This document shows, piece after piece, positions 13,193-26,220 of a DNA stretch of 64,000 nucleotides. This stretch comes from Octopus sinensis (Eukaryota), in NCBI RefSeq assembly GCF_006345805.1, contig NC_043005.1:8184001-8248000 (forward strand), written 5' to 3'. The stretch's first letter is position 1. The number at the start of each line of letters is the position of its first letter. The position numbers and the translations under genes are program-made. The notes under the pieces are model-generated. The model was not told the DNA's origin. It worked only from the letters and a program-made list of their open reading frames with translations, and ran no database searches.

Positions 13193-14923
13193 TATATAAC
13201 GGAATTATTGGCGTGGGATTATCAATATGGGCAAATATGTCATAAGCTCTATGTTGGCACACCAGGCTAACAGTAATCTTTAGATTAGTAAAGATCTACA
13301 AGTACATCCGTGGTTGTGTTCCTGTCAAACTGGTTTATACACAGAGTGTGTTGTATATGTATGCATATATGCTATAATAATCTCACTATGTAATTGTACC
13401 ACATAATAATGTGATACGTAATGTATATAATAACATACAGCTACTAAACAGTTACTAAGGGAATATAATACATTGTAATAAATAACAATGTATTATATCG
13501 AATGGTCTCAATGTTTAAGTTAATATATTGTAATTGATATTCACAGTGTAATGTTAAACGCTATAATGATATACTTATTGAGTAATGTTATACATGTGTA
13601 TGCTACGACGTATAATTTCAATAAAATATCTATAGATAAATACTGTTAATTAATATACGGCTCGTAACAAACTTGCTGCAATGGAATTCTGCTCTTGCTT
13701 ATTAGATTCTTGTCATTTCTCATCTAACAGGCCATTAAAGGTACTCCATCCGTGACCATCCCTTCTTTTGTTTAGATATAGCATTTCTGTGTTTGCATTA
13801 ACTCATGTGCTGTCGGTGTTATGTTGTTTTTGGTTCCAGTTTGATCCTGATGGGGCCGATCTATGAACAAATACATTCCAAGCATGACTCGGATAGAGTA
13901 TGCTTAACACAGCGTCACCGAAATGTAAAACTTCCCTTTGAAGACGACAGAATATAATCAGGTCTTGATACTGCATCTAGCAACTGTAGTTGTCTTTAGA
14001 GATTGGCCTGGCTTGATCATGTAATCGTATTATCAGAGAAAATGCTGTTCTGATCATCGAATACTATTGTCAATATGTTTACAACTGTATAGGCGAATAT
14101 TTCCATCTTTTTATTTAAAAAAATGCGATGTGGTTTAATTGGAGGTGGTACCGTTTTTGCTGACATCTTATCAAGAGCGCACCAGTCTGATTACATCAAA
14201 GGAAAATGTGACAGCTGGCTTCTTTGGATGTTTCCTAACCCAGTGTGAGTGATGTGTTAATCACTTTGAGCCAGAGACAGGGACAAGCAATGTGGCGGAA
14301 ACACCACTCGTCACCTGCTCGTCACCCCATTCTATTTCCTCAAAATTGAATCCATAACATAAGAGATGTTATACATTTAATATTGACCAAGAATTTTACT
14401 AAATTTAATATTCCGCCTGACAAGATTCTCATCAAATTTTAAAATGTTTGCCTTCCAATGGTATATGGCCTTCTCAAAGAAAAAAAAAATGCCCAGTAAA
14501 ATGTTATCAGCCGAGCAGGTGCGCGCTCTTAACCATTATCTAAATGTCTGGGAATTGACTCTACGTGAAACTCATACGAGTGAGCAATGTCCAGAGTTGA
14601 CTCTTCGGCTGGTGTTTCTGTTATTGTCCAGATTTTCAATTATTTATAATAACTGTTTTAATGCTAATTTGAAAAGTAATATTTTATTTATATATAATTG
14701 ATTAATTTCAAACAAAGTACTTAGCGCACGTCTACCTCCGTAATGAACGCAGTAACCGATCGATAATTTTATGGAATTCCAAGTTTGTAACCAAATTTTA
14801 GAAGCGAAAGTAGCGGTATTACTAAATTTGAATAAAAATATGTCACCATAGCCTCCGTAAAAACATCTGCGGCAGCCGTTCTCAATATATATGTATACGT
14901 ACTTATATGCATATATATGTATG

Positions 14924-14971
<48 letters not shown>

Positions 14972-14986
14972 TACATAAATACATAC

Positions 14987-15049
<63 letters not shown>

Positions 15050-15082
15050 ATATATGTATGTATGTATGTATGTATTTATGTA

Positions 15083-15134
<52 letters not shown>

Positions 15135-16084
15135 CATATGCATAAACACACGCACATATGCATACACGAAATATATATATATATATAAGTGAATATATTT
15201 GTATGAAATCAATATTAATTTTTTGCTATTATATTTATGAGGTCGTTGCAATAAAGTTGTCTTAATGGGAGCGACGCTAATACAAGAATGCTTGTATTCT
15301 GAGAGATGATTTATTTAGAAGAATGCAAAAAGGAAAAAAAAAAAAGACTAAAAATCGCATTTTTACATACTTCGAAACTTTATATTCATTGGTTATTAAA
15401 GAAAAAAAGACACACACGTACACACACAAACACACACACACACGCACAAAAAGCCAACAACAAACAATAAGTTGATAAAAATTCATTTAGTCTTCTCAAA
15501 TGCGATAATTCATGATATGGTTATTACTTTATTAAATCTTTTTTTTTCTCGCATTTCTATTAACGGTAAAAATCTATTGAAAACAAAGATTTGTTTGTTT
15601 GCTTATTTCTCACTTCTCACTTCAGTTTTTGTTTTCTAAAGCGATTTTGCAAAAGAAAATATAGCTGTAATAATTCTTTCTTTCTGAAAGGAAACGAAGA
15701 AAAACTATATCAACAAAGAAAAATCATTAATAATGATAACACTTTTTCCTTCTTCCCAAATTCGGGGGCGGGGAAAGAAAAAAAGTAAACAACAGCAAAT
15801 AAAAAAAGGACAGGATAAATCTTGGAATTTATCGAACGATCAAGCGGTAGACGCATTTTGTGGTATATTTTTGAAAAACAAAATGGTCCAGAATATCATA
15901 TAGAAATATTATTTGGAATATGGTAAGATGAACAGAATATGAATAAAAATATGTTATATTATACTGGTATAGATGCTGAGAATGAAGACTTTATGTTATT
16001 GAAGAATGTATCTGACTCTGTTCCCCTGACTGCCTACTGTTTTAAAACCAATATTTAATTCTGTCGCAGACATTCACTAAACAA

Positions 16085-16240
16085 TGCAGAATTATTTCCA
16101 TGCATTTTTATATGAATTTGCTACAGAATTTATATTCTTGCCATTACTTTCTTCAGAATTTATATTCTTACTCTTACTTCCCGCAGAATTTATATTTGTA
16201 CCATGAATTTCTTCCAAGTTTATAATCCTACCGTGATATT
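16085..16240. repeat. Degenerate ~30-bp minisatellite (CAGAATTTATATTCTT...)
   Basis: CAGAATTTATATT recurs at 16124, 16154 and 16184, with weaker flanking copies. Confidence 0.6.
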
Positions 16241-16568
16241 CATGAAAGATTAACTACTGCAAACCACGACACCTGCATTAGCTTATGCTCTTTGCAGCAC
16301 TTCGCAGTACTTCGCAGTAACATCTTATTCTCGGAACACATTATGAATGGGAAACGTTAAGTTAAGTTTATGTATCAATATGATAAACTGGAATAGTTAA
16401 ACCTATGAGAACATAATGTATGAGGTAGAAGTGATAACGGAGAGGTGATATATGTCAATATGAGCAGATTTACATCAGCATGTAATGGTATATATCTGGT
16501 AGCACACACTGTTAAATTGAAAGAATGAACAAAAAGGATACAACAGGCACTACAGACAAAGAGACACT

Positions 16569-16618
<50 letters not shown>

Positions 16619-16621
<3 letters not shown>

Positions 16622-16779
16622 GGAGTAACACATAAATGTGAAACAAGGTGGAAAAAGAGTACTCAAATACCAGTGGTAGAGTAATATGCTTTATTTAAAG
16701 CAGCAAAAACTGTCCGATGAACGGCAACGGGAAAATCAGAGTAACAGGTTTTGTTGAATTTTCTGCTGCTTTAAATAAA

Positions 16780-16780
<1 letters not shown>
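16619..16780 (+). mobile_element. Short HHR-bearing repeat between two (TA)n tracts (family of 665-848)
   Basis: 16706-16752: AAAACTGT CCGATGA ACG-GCAA-CGG GAAA ATCAGAG TA ACAGGTTTT. Enclosed by a 17-bp inverted repeat 16689-16705 / 16764-16780. Confidence 0.65.
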
Positions 16781-16848
<68 letters not shown>

Positions 16849-16917
16849 TATATACATACACACATGCAAACACACACACATAAAAGTGCAGGAGTGGCTG
16901 TGTGGTATGTAGCTTGC

Positions 16918-18869
16918 ATACTACTAAGTTGTTGATGCGTTTGTTCTACGCCAAGAAAGTAACGTCGTTTGACATTGAAATATTGAACATATGAAGTACG
17001 ACGATAGGGCATTTGTTTTTTTGGGGGCTCAGTGGGAATTTTTTTTCCTTATTGTTTATTATTTTTTGTCGGAGAAGGGTCTCCACTGGGTTCCAGACAT
17101 TTGTTTGCCAGTGGTCGTACTAAAAGACTCACTTTTTAGTGAGAATTGTGTGTGAATGCGGGAGGAGTGTCCCTCCTCTAATTTATGATTTTATGTGACT
17201 GTGTACACTTCGCAGATGTTGCCATTTGGAGTACAACCAGAATTGGAGAAATCTTTGCTGCTATTTTTGTGCTGCAAGCGATTTTTAACTGTGCTACAAA
17301 GGATTACCAGAGTTGAATTTTGTTGTCTTCCTTCGTTCTTTTTCTCTTGTCTGTCTTTCTGCTCTTTTTTGTGTTTGCATTAGAGACTTTTATTTCGAAA
17401 TTTTTGATTTTGTTATGGACATTTATATTTTAGTTTATTTTATTAATGGCAATCAAATGTAAGAAAGCCTTCGAGTAGCGAATTGTGGCCCCCAAGGAGT
17501 CGCTAAAATACTATGATGAGAGAATGGTGGTGTTGCGGAACTATTGCAAGGTCCGCGACACCATCTGTGTATTCTTTCAGACTGAAATTGAAAAAGAGTT
17601 GGCGGGGTTGGCGCCAACTCATAAGTTCATCCGTAGGGGTGCAAAGTACGCAACGGTGTGCGTGCTGTTTGATACCCCTACGGAGGCTCAGAAATTTTCG
17701 AGCCAACCTATAGTTAGGAGGAAGATTTTGTTTCTCCCCACTTATGGTGGACGTAAATTGACAAGAGCCTGAGTGTGTGGGCTGCCGTCCGGTGTAGAGG
17801 CTGGATGGATAGAAGATTCTCTCCGTCGAGGCCTGAGTGGTGGCCCTGCCAGGCTCTTGAATGTAAAAATACTGCCTGCGGTCGATTGGGTCGAGTCAAA
17901 AGCCAATTTAACCCTATGGGCCCAATCGGCTGGAGATCTGCTTTTACCAGATTTTTTGACAATGACTGATTCCAGGAACCCGGTGATCATTGAGGGACGT
18001 TCCTCCAAGTGTCACCTGTGCCTGGAATCAGGGCATATGAAGAATAACTGTTGCCGAAACCAGGCGAAGGTCCTGGAACAGTTGATTGATGATGACTGTA
18101 ATCCCCCTGTTACCCCCAATGGAACCTCCTGCTCCTTCGTTGGAGGGAGAGAGGGAGAAAGTCGAGGAGGAAGTAACCTCCTCGAGAAAAGGTACTAAGA
18201 GAAAGAAGGTGGGCAACAATGGTTGCCTACGATGTACCCTGAGGTGGCGGGAGGGGAGGAGGGACTTCCGGACATGTTGGAGGAACTCCACCATCCCGTC
18301 GCAAAGGGGAAAAAAGAAGAAAAAGAAAACCGGGGCATTGCCGGCGACGGCATGTCCCGATACTCCTTCAGTGGGATGTGTGCCATCGGAGGGGGAGAAG
18401 AAGGAAACCTTGTTAGTGGGATGCATGCTACCGAGCGAGGTATTTGAGGTCCCCCTCAATGAAGGTGACGAAGAATTTGTATTCCTCAATCGCAGGGGAG
18501 TGGCGATAGTGGAGTATGTGGAGTATAATCTTGATAGTCGGGTTCTGATGAACCCGATTTTTATTGACAGTCCAGAGTGGCCTTCGCAGGTGACTGCACT
18601 GGGACTGGAAAGAAAAGATATTTTTCCACAGGTCAAGATCCTTCCCAAAGGAGGATTACTGATAACTTTTTTTTTGCTCTGATTGGTGTTTTTAGGAATA
18701 CCTGAAGGCCGCAGAAGAGTTAGTTGAGGCAGTAATGTAAGAAGTTTATCGCCTCCATATGTATGTGTATAAATTTTGTTTCCTTTGTGATGGACTTCTA
18801 GTCCAATTTTTTGTATATATTTGTAAGAGGTTTAATACCTCTATATATGTTGTTTTTTTAATGAATAAT
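16918..18869 (+). mobile_element. ORF1-only (gag-like, CCHC zinc knuckle) non-LTR-type element inserted in a SINE head
   Basis: Flanked by a 27-bp direct repeat (16891-16917 and 18870-18896). No RT or endonuclease motifs inside. Confidence 0.65.
17446..18682 (+). pseudogene. Disrupted L1/Tx1-like ORF1 protein with zinc knuckle
   Basis: ATG at 17446 is in frame with ORFs 17485-17772 and 17773-18198 (two in-frame stops). VIIEGRSSKCHLCLESGHMKNNC = CX2CX4HX4C. Continues by frameshift into 18086-18682. Confidence 0.65.
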
Positions 18870-19229
18870 GGAGTGGCTGTGTGGTAAGTAGCTTGCTAAC
18901 CAACCACATGGTTCCGAGTTCAGTTCCACTGCGTGGCACCTTGGGCAAGTGTCTTCTGCTATAGCCCCGGGCCGACCAATGCCTTGTGAGTGGATTTGGT
19001 AGACGGAAACTGAATGAAGCCTGTCGTATATATATGTACATATATATGTATGTGCGTGTATGTGGTTGTGTGTCTGTGTTTACGTCCCCGTCACTTAGCG
19101 GTTCGGCAAAAGATACCGATAGAATAAGTACTGGGCTTACAAAGAATAAGTCCCGGGGTCGATTTGCTCGACTAAAGGCGGTGCTCCAGCATGGCCACAG
19201 ACAAATGATTGAAACAAGTAAAAGAGTAA
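18870..19229 (+). mobile_element. SINE family A (target of the upstream insertion)
   Basis: Matches the family A consensus from GGAGTGGCTG to GTAAAAGAGTA. Confidence 0.9.
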
Positions 19230-19380
19230 TGCTTTAGAGAAGCAGAGGTTCGACGGGCGCTTTCTGTCTTCTCCCATCTTTATTATCTTGCATTATTATC
19301 ATTCGTCTCATTAATGTCCGTGTCCAGCCCGCAAAGCTACATATCTGTGTACTGCCTTTATGGCAAATGATATAAAATAA

Positions 19381-19522
19381 AGTAGCTGGCTTACCAACAA
19401 TATGATACTAGGTTCAGTTCCACTGCGTGGTACTTTGGGTAAGTATCTTGTATTATAGTTTCGGGCTAACTAAATCCTTGTGAGTGAATTTCGTAGACAG
19501 AAACTGAAAGAAGCCCGTCGTA
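19381..19522 (+). mobile_element. Diverged SINE family A 5' half (3' half resumes ~20010-20207)
   Basis: GGTTCAGTTCCACTGCGTGG...GAAACTGAAAGAAGCCCGTCGTATATA. Confidence 0.7.
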
Positions 19523-19733
19523 TATATATATATATATATATATAAATATATAATTAATCAATATAGGGTGGCAAAAAAATTTTGTAGAATTTTTTGCCAC
19601 CAGCGGCCTAGTGGGAAAAAATTAAATAGTCATAGACCATTTTAAAATTTTGCGATGATTTGAAAATTTTAGGTCAGATATTGCCTTGGCAGGGTCGGAA
19701 ATGCCTCGTGAAAATATCTGTTCCGACTTGGCT

Positions 19734-19840
19734 ATTTCTTACTGAAGAATCTGAGGGCCTATGGAAGATTGGCTTGATTTAATTTAATCAGGTTAGTTTA
19801 CCATTAAACAGCAGATGAAACGGTGCATCCTATAAGAAAT
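19734..19840 (+). ncRNA. Type I hammerhead motif with extended stem II
   Basis: Stem I ATTTCTTA/TAAGAAAT (8 bp); CTGAAGA; stem II ATCTG/CAGAT enclosing a further hairpin; GAAA; CGGTGCATCC; TA. Confidence 0.6.
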
Positions 19841-20310
19841 TACAGGGTAAATGTTTTTTAAATTTTCTCCTGGTTTACGGAATTGATTTTTATTTGCGGT
19901 TGAAGCTTTGGCTGTTATTTCTAGTGGGTGAATGGCCTATTATGGCCGTTCCTTGATTGTTGATATATATAAATATATATATATATATATGTGCATGTGT
20001 GTGTGTGCGTGTATGTTTTTATAACTGTGTTTGCCACCACGTCCACCATCGCTCGACAATCGATGTCGGTGTGTTTATGTTCCCGTAAAAAAGAGACCGA
20101 TATGATAAATATTAGGCTCACAAAGAATAAGTACTGGGGTCGACTTGTTCGATTGAAGGCGGTGTTCTAGCATGGCCGCAATCAAATTACTGAAGCAAAT
20201 AAAAGAAAAAAGAAAAATACATACACACACACGCACACACACACATACGCACGCACGCACACACACACACATACACACATATATATATATATACATATAT
20301 ACATACATAT

Positions 20311-20356
<46 letters not shown>

Positions 20357-20646
20357 GATCCATAATATATACATATACAACATACATTTATATATACATA
20401 TGGTATATATATACATATATATATACTTATACATATGAAAACATACATATATACGTTATGTATATGTATACATAATACATGCATGTACATATATATATAT
20501 ATATATATATGTATGACATACATACGTGTATGTATGAATTTATATGTATATATATATATACATATATATATATATAATATATATATATTATTATGTATAT
20601 TATATGTAGATATATACATATATATATACATATATAAGAATTTTTT

Positions 20647-20872
20647 GCGTAATGAGATTAAAAAAGCAAGGCTGTATAGATATTAGAGCATTTAGGTAGC
20701 TCTTACAGCTGTTTCTATAATATTAATTAATAATATCCTTTCATCGAAGACGGCGTGAGAGAAAAAATTAAGCCACACTTAGTTTTCATGCGATATTCTA
20801 GAAACAGCTGTAACACCTTCTATCTATAAATGCTCTAATATCTATACAGCCATGTTTTTTTTCCCATTACGC
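20647..20872. mobile_element. Fold-back repeat with ~70-bp arms and a degenerate minus-strand HHR
   Basis: 20647-20717 is inverted to 20799-20872. Minus strand TCT TCGATGA ... GAAA CAGCTG TA AGA. Related motif at 27024-27071. Confidence 0.6.
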
Positions 20873-21729
20873 CAAAACATTCATATATACACACGCTGAC
20901 ATAGAAACAAAGTAGAACCCTTTATTCGCAATATTACCAAATCTGGAACTTAACTATGGTCTGTCTATAGCACTTATTCAGCATTACTTGACGCATTTGG
21001 GTCTCATTGACACCATTATCTAATTTCTATACATTTCTCACAACTTCCAGACCGTTTCCGAATAACGTATAAAGAAGATAATTCCAGATCTTACGTCTCT
21101 TCTGTCTAAAACAAATGAAGCAAAGAAACGAGAGACTGTGCATCTTGTGAAGGAGTAGGAAGGTTTCGTTCTTTATGTGTTTCAGTAAAGAAGACAACCT
21201 TTTTCATAGCTTTCTCATATTGCTGGATATGTTTTATGTTTAAGATGGGTGCAGAGCATTTGTTGAAATGAAAACTCACACTTCTTTTTATATACTGACG
21301 ATATAGTGCATTTGTATAACAATTTTAATATGCCAACTCTTTGAAATATTATTAGCTTTCGTTTTCCTTATTCAGTTACATCATGATTCTAAAAGACTCA
21401 CTTGAATTATTCCCTTAGTGCCAGAGATGAAATGAAAACATGTGTTGAAAGTCTCCATTTTATACGTATCACCCGAACGACTTTTTACAAACACATATGG
21501 TTAAGCGTTTGCTCGACAGCTTGTTATTCGAAATATATTCAAATATCAGATAATTTGAAGGGAAACAGGGTTCAGGTAACCAAATGGAATTAGGAATTTG
21601 AAGATCAGAATATTGGCCATCTAAAGTATTTCATCTGTAAAGTATTTATGAATCCTCTCCATTTAGGCTTTGAGTTCCGTACTTCAGCATTGCTTGGTGG
21701 ATGAACAAAATTAAAATATGTAGGAATGT

Positions 21730-21774
<45 letters not shown>

Positions 21775-22112
21775 TGTGTGTGTGTGTGTGTGTTGTGTGT
21801 GTGTGTGTGTGTGTGTGTGTATGCATGAATATATTGCATGAATATACATATGTACACTAATACAGAGACACACACAGAAGCACACACACGTTGTATCAGA
21901 AATATTTACACATGCATAGATACATGCATAACTATCTTGATATACGTATACAAGTAGATTTAACACACACGCGCGTATGACTGTGCATTTTGGCTCACAA
22001 ACTAGAGAAGTAGTGAATGCTTATTGTAGCATACAGTTACTTTACGCACTTGGTACACCCTGTGTTCATATTCGTTGTTTCAGCTTTTGTACGTTTAACC
22101 AAATATTGCGTG

Positions 22113-22201
<89 letters not shown>
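22113..22201. repeat. (ATCT)n tetranucleotide microsatellite
   Basis: Direct inspection. Confidence 0.95.
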
Positions 22202-22202
<1 letters not shown>

Positions 22203-23580
22203 ATCACAATAAAAGAAAGAATGCTTGATTGTTGGATGTGATTCATATAATCGTGTGTCACATATATAAAAAAATAAATAAACGATGGCTAGAGTTGAAG
22301 ACAACATATTATACTGCTGTAAAGTAGAATAGAATGATATATTATAGGGTAAACACCGAGCTCCGTCAAAAGAGTCTATAAAGGCAACAATTAGTTAATA
22401 AAATTATTTTAGAGTGTCTAGTAAGCTCACTCGTCGGCAAAAATTGTGTAGAATCTAACGTTTCGGACACTCGTTCTTCGCCTGTAATTGAAGAAGAGAG
22501 AAACTTATGTTGTTACGTGATCTGGAAGAAAGTTGATAGAATATTAAATATCGTATGACATATTTATGTGTATAGTCTGGGAAATTATCAATGATTATAC
22601 CATATTATGGTATAATCGTATATATCGCATATAATAATAACTTATGATTGGAAACGTAGTATGCCATATCCACATGCAGAACTATAAGTATTATCACAAC
22701 CTACATTTTTAAGGATATCTAAGAATTATGCCACACCAGTGTGGGATATTAAGTAATTTCTTGTATATGGCTCGATCGCATGCAACAATATACATGTATG
22801 ACCTATTTAAAGATCTCTGAGATTACTAAGGGATATAAAAAATGTATCTCTAGATAGCAATTGTGTATCTTGTAAACGCATCTCATATCGTAGCGTAGCA
22901 TGATGCAAAACAGTAGTTTGCAATGCGAATTTCAATGACTATGAGTACGCGCTCTATCATGTGTACAACTCTTATAGAATACAATATGCTGATACATAAT
23001 TGGTGACGAATATCCCACCTATATACGTGTGTTATTAGCAATACACACCTGTATAAATATCTTCCGCTTGAAGTCAGTTTTTATGCTTTCAACACTTCAT
23101 TCGCTAATGAAACAGAACGTGAGTCGAGTGAAGGCTTAATAGCATTAGAATATCCTGAACAGTGCTAACTATAATTTCAAACTAGACATAATTGTTATTA
23201 CTTAGTCATACCATCTTTTCCTTCTTGCTAATACGGAAACTGAAGCTGATTTTGTACTGATGGCAGTGAGAGAAGGTAAAGGAAAGAAGGAGTGAAAGAG
23301 TTTTAAAATAAAGTCAAGGGGGAATGAAAGAGAAGTAAAGTGGCAAGAAGGAATGTAAAATTTAAAGAAAAGGAGGAAGAGAAATATTGAGACAGAGTTA
23401 AAGGAATGGATAGAAAGAGGTATAAACGATGATAATATGGAAGTGGACATTGATAAATAGTACAGAGAAAGTCAGAGAAAGACGAACGAAAGTGCAGTTG
23501 GATTATATTAAGATGTATAGAGGAAGATAGTGAAGCAGATAGGCAGCCATATATTATATATATAGTATATATATATCTAT

Positions 23581-23628
<48 letters not shown>

Positions 23629-23650
23629 GTATATATGTGTATTTATATAT

Positions 23651-23874
23651 CTCTTTTACTCTTTTACTCTTTTACTTGTTTCAGTCATTTGACTGCGGCC
23701 ATGCTGGAGCACCGCCTTTAATCGAGCAACTCGACCCTGGGACTTATTCTTTTGTAAGCCCAGTACTTATTCTATCGGTCTCTTTTGCCGAACGCTAAGT
23801 AACGGGGACATAAACACACAGCATCGGTTGTCAAGCAATGCTAGGGGGACAAACACAGACACACAAACACACAC

Positions 23875-23933
<59 letters not shown>

Positions 23934-24104
23934 CATACATATATACGACGGGCTTCTTTCAGTTTCCGTCTACCAAATCCATCACAAGGCTTGGTCGGCC
24001 CGAGGCTATAGTAGAAGACATTTGCCCAAGGTGCCACGCAGTGGACTGAACCCGGAACCATGTGGCTGGTAAACAAGCTGCTTACTACAGAGCCACTCCT
24101 GCGC
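23651..24104 (-). mobile_element. SINE family A, full length
   Basis: Reverse complement of consensus from GCGCAGGAGTGGC to the (AAAAGAGT)n tail. Confidence 0.9.
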
Positions 24105-24136
<32 letters not shown>

Positions 24137-24510
24137 AAGAGCGAGAGAGAGAAAGATAAAGATACAAAAAGCGACACCCAAAGGGAAAGCTATATATATG
24201 TATATATATATAAGAAATTTAAGACGGAAAATACACACACTTTACATAGTTTTTATATAATTTTTAATATATCTTATATTGTATTTGTCGATCGGTTTCA
24301 CTTTCGCTAATAATGACATTAAAATTTATTTAAATACGTATTTTCTTAAGAAAAATATTTTGTCCATGTTGTGTGGAGTTAATGTATTAATGATACAACA
24401 TGTAGAAAATTCCAAGGGGGTGTAATTGATTATCGTTATTACTGTGGACAGAAGAGATAATTGTTCATCTTTCGATGGGGGTGGATATATATATATATAT
24501 ATATATATAT

Positions 24511-25746
24511 AGCGCTCTTTTCGTTCCAGCAGTCGCCGAAGCAACACGTATTTGTTCGTCTCCCTGCGGCCATTAGGCACAACTTCATAAGCCAGCCCCA
24601 AACTCAACTCGTCCTGTCGAAAGACCCTTGTCCTACGTCCTGGTTTTGTTCTGTTTTTTATTTTTACCGTTATTGTTTTACGGTTTTGTATTCTTATTGG
24701 TGTCACGTATTCTGTATTTTTGTTCGTGTACTTCGTTCGTTTTCCGTCCTTGTGTTTATACATTCGAAGCTTTCTTCCATGGGATCTAATGCGCTTGGCT
24801 TAGATTTCCCATGGCGGGCTGCCATATCGGAGCAATCTCAAGATTAATCAGCCGAAATTGCTAAGATGATCTGGTTCTTGACTGATGACTGAGGGCTTCG
24901 AATGTCCCGTCCTGTGGTTCTTGTGTCGTCTCTGTGGTGTTTCATGTTCTTGTCCATTCTGTCTGTATTATTTTACTTTTACCTATATAATCGGCGGCTA
25001 CGTATCCACATTGTCCTTATACGATAAGTATATTTTTTCTCTAGCATTGATACGACTCTTAATCTGTCTCTTTCTCTCTCTCTCTCTCTCCTCCCTATTC
25101 CCCTTCCTTCTTTCCCTCTCCATCCGTTCCCCCCCTTCTACGTTTCTCTATCTCTCTCACCTCCAGCCCCCTCGATCTGTCTCTTTCTTCTCCTCCCTCG
25201 TCCACATTCTCTCTCTTTTCATCTGTCCCTTCTCCTGTCTTTTGTTCTCACGTGACCGCTAGCCACTGTTGAGCGCTCTTTCGTTCCAGCGTCGCCGAAG
25301 CAACACGTATTTGTTCGTCTCCCTGCGGCCATTAGGCACAACTTCATAAGCCAGCCCCAAACTCAACTCGTCCTGTCGAAAGACCCTTGTCCTACGTCCT
25401 GGTTTTGTTCTGTTTTTTATTTTTACCGTTATTGTTTTTACGGTTTTTGTATTCTTATTGGTGTCACGTATTCGGTATTTTTGTTCGTGTACTTCGTCGT
25501 TTTCCGTCCTCGTGTGTATACATTCGAAGCTTTCTTCCATGGGATCTAATGCGCTTGGCTTAGATTTCCCATGGCGGGCTCGCCCATATCGGAGCAATCT
25601 CAAGATTAATCAGCCGAAATTGCTAAGATGATCTGGTTCTTGACTGATGACTGAGGGCTTCGAATGTCCCGTCCTGTGGTTCTTGTGTCGTCTCTGTGGT
25701 GTTTCATGTTCTTGTCCATGTCTGTAATTATTTTTACTGTTTACCT
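24511..25746 (+). mobile_element. Partial tandem repeat (two ~475-bp copies, period ~762 bp) of a structured non-coding element between (TA)n tracts
   Basis: 24511-24984 is near-identical to 25272-25746. Contains hairpins (CCATGGGA/TCCCATGG, ACATTCGAAGC/GCTTCGAATGT) and hammerhead core motifs. Confidence 0.8.
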
Positions 25747-26144
25747 ATATATATATATATATATATATGCACACAATAAAAAAAGTAGAGTAGTGGGGGA
25801 GAAATATTTACAGTGATGGATATGTATTCGTGAATTTAAAACATTATAGAGATCAAAGTTGGTTATACTTGCATATTTAGACGTGTTCTGTATTTGTCAA
25901 TGAATAAATGTTCTTTATTTATACGTTCTTGTATAAAAATTGTATCTTTGCACTGATAGAAAACTGTAAAATTTGGTTTGATGTTACCTGCACATCTCTC
26001 TACAAGTTCACTTAAAGGAATCTGTCTGTATTGCGGGAACCGGATCTGCTCTTTATGTAGAGTGGTTCTTTGTCTCACTGTCATACTCGTCTGTCCTATA
26101 TACACACACACACACACACACTCATATATATATATATGTATATG

Positions 26145-26220
<76 letters not shown>

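Noticed and set aside
14644-14890. Non-repetitive minus-strand stretch that might be a host exon
   Set aside because: No recognisable protein motif or convincing splice-site pair. The ORF starts lie in microsatellite.
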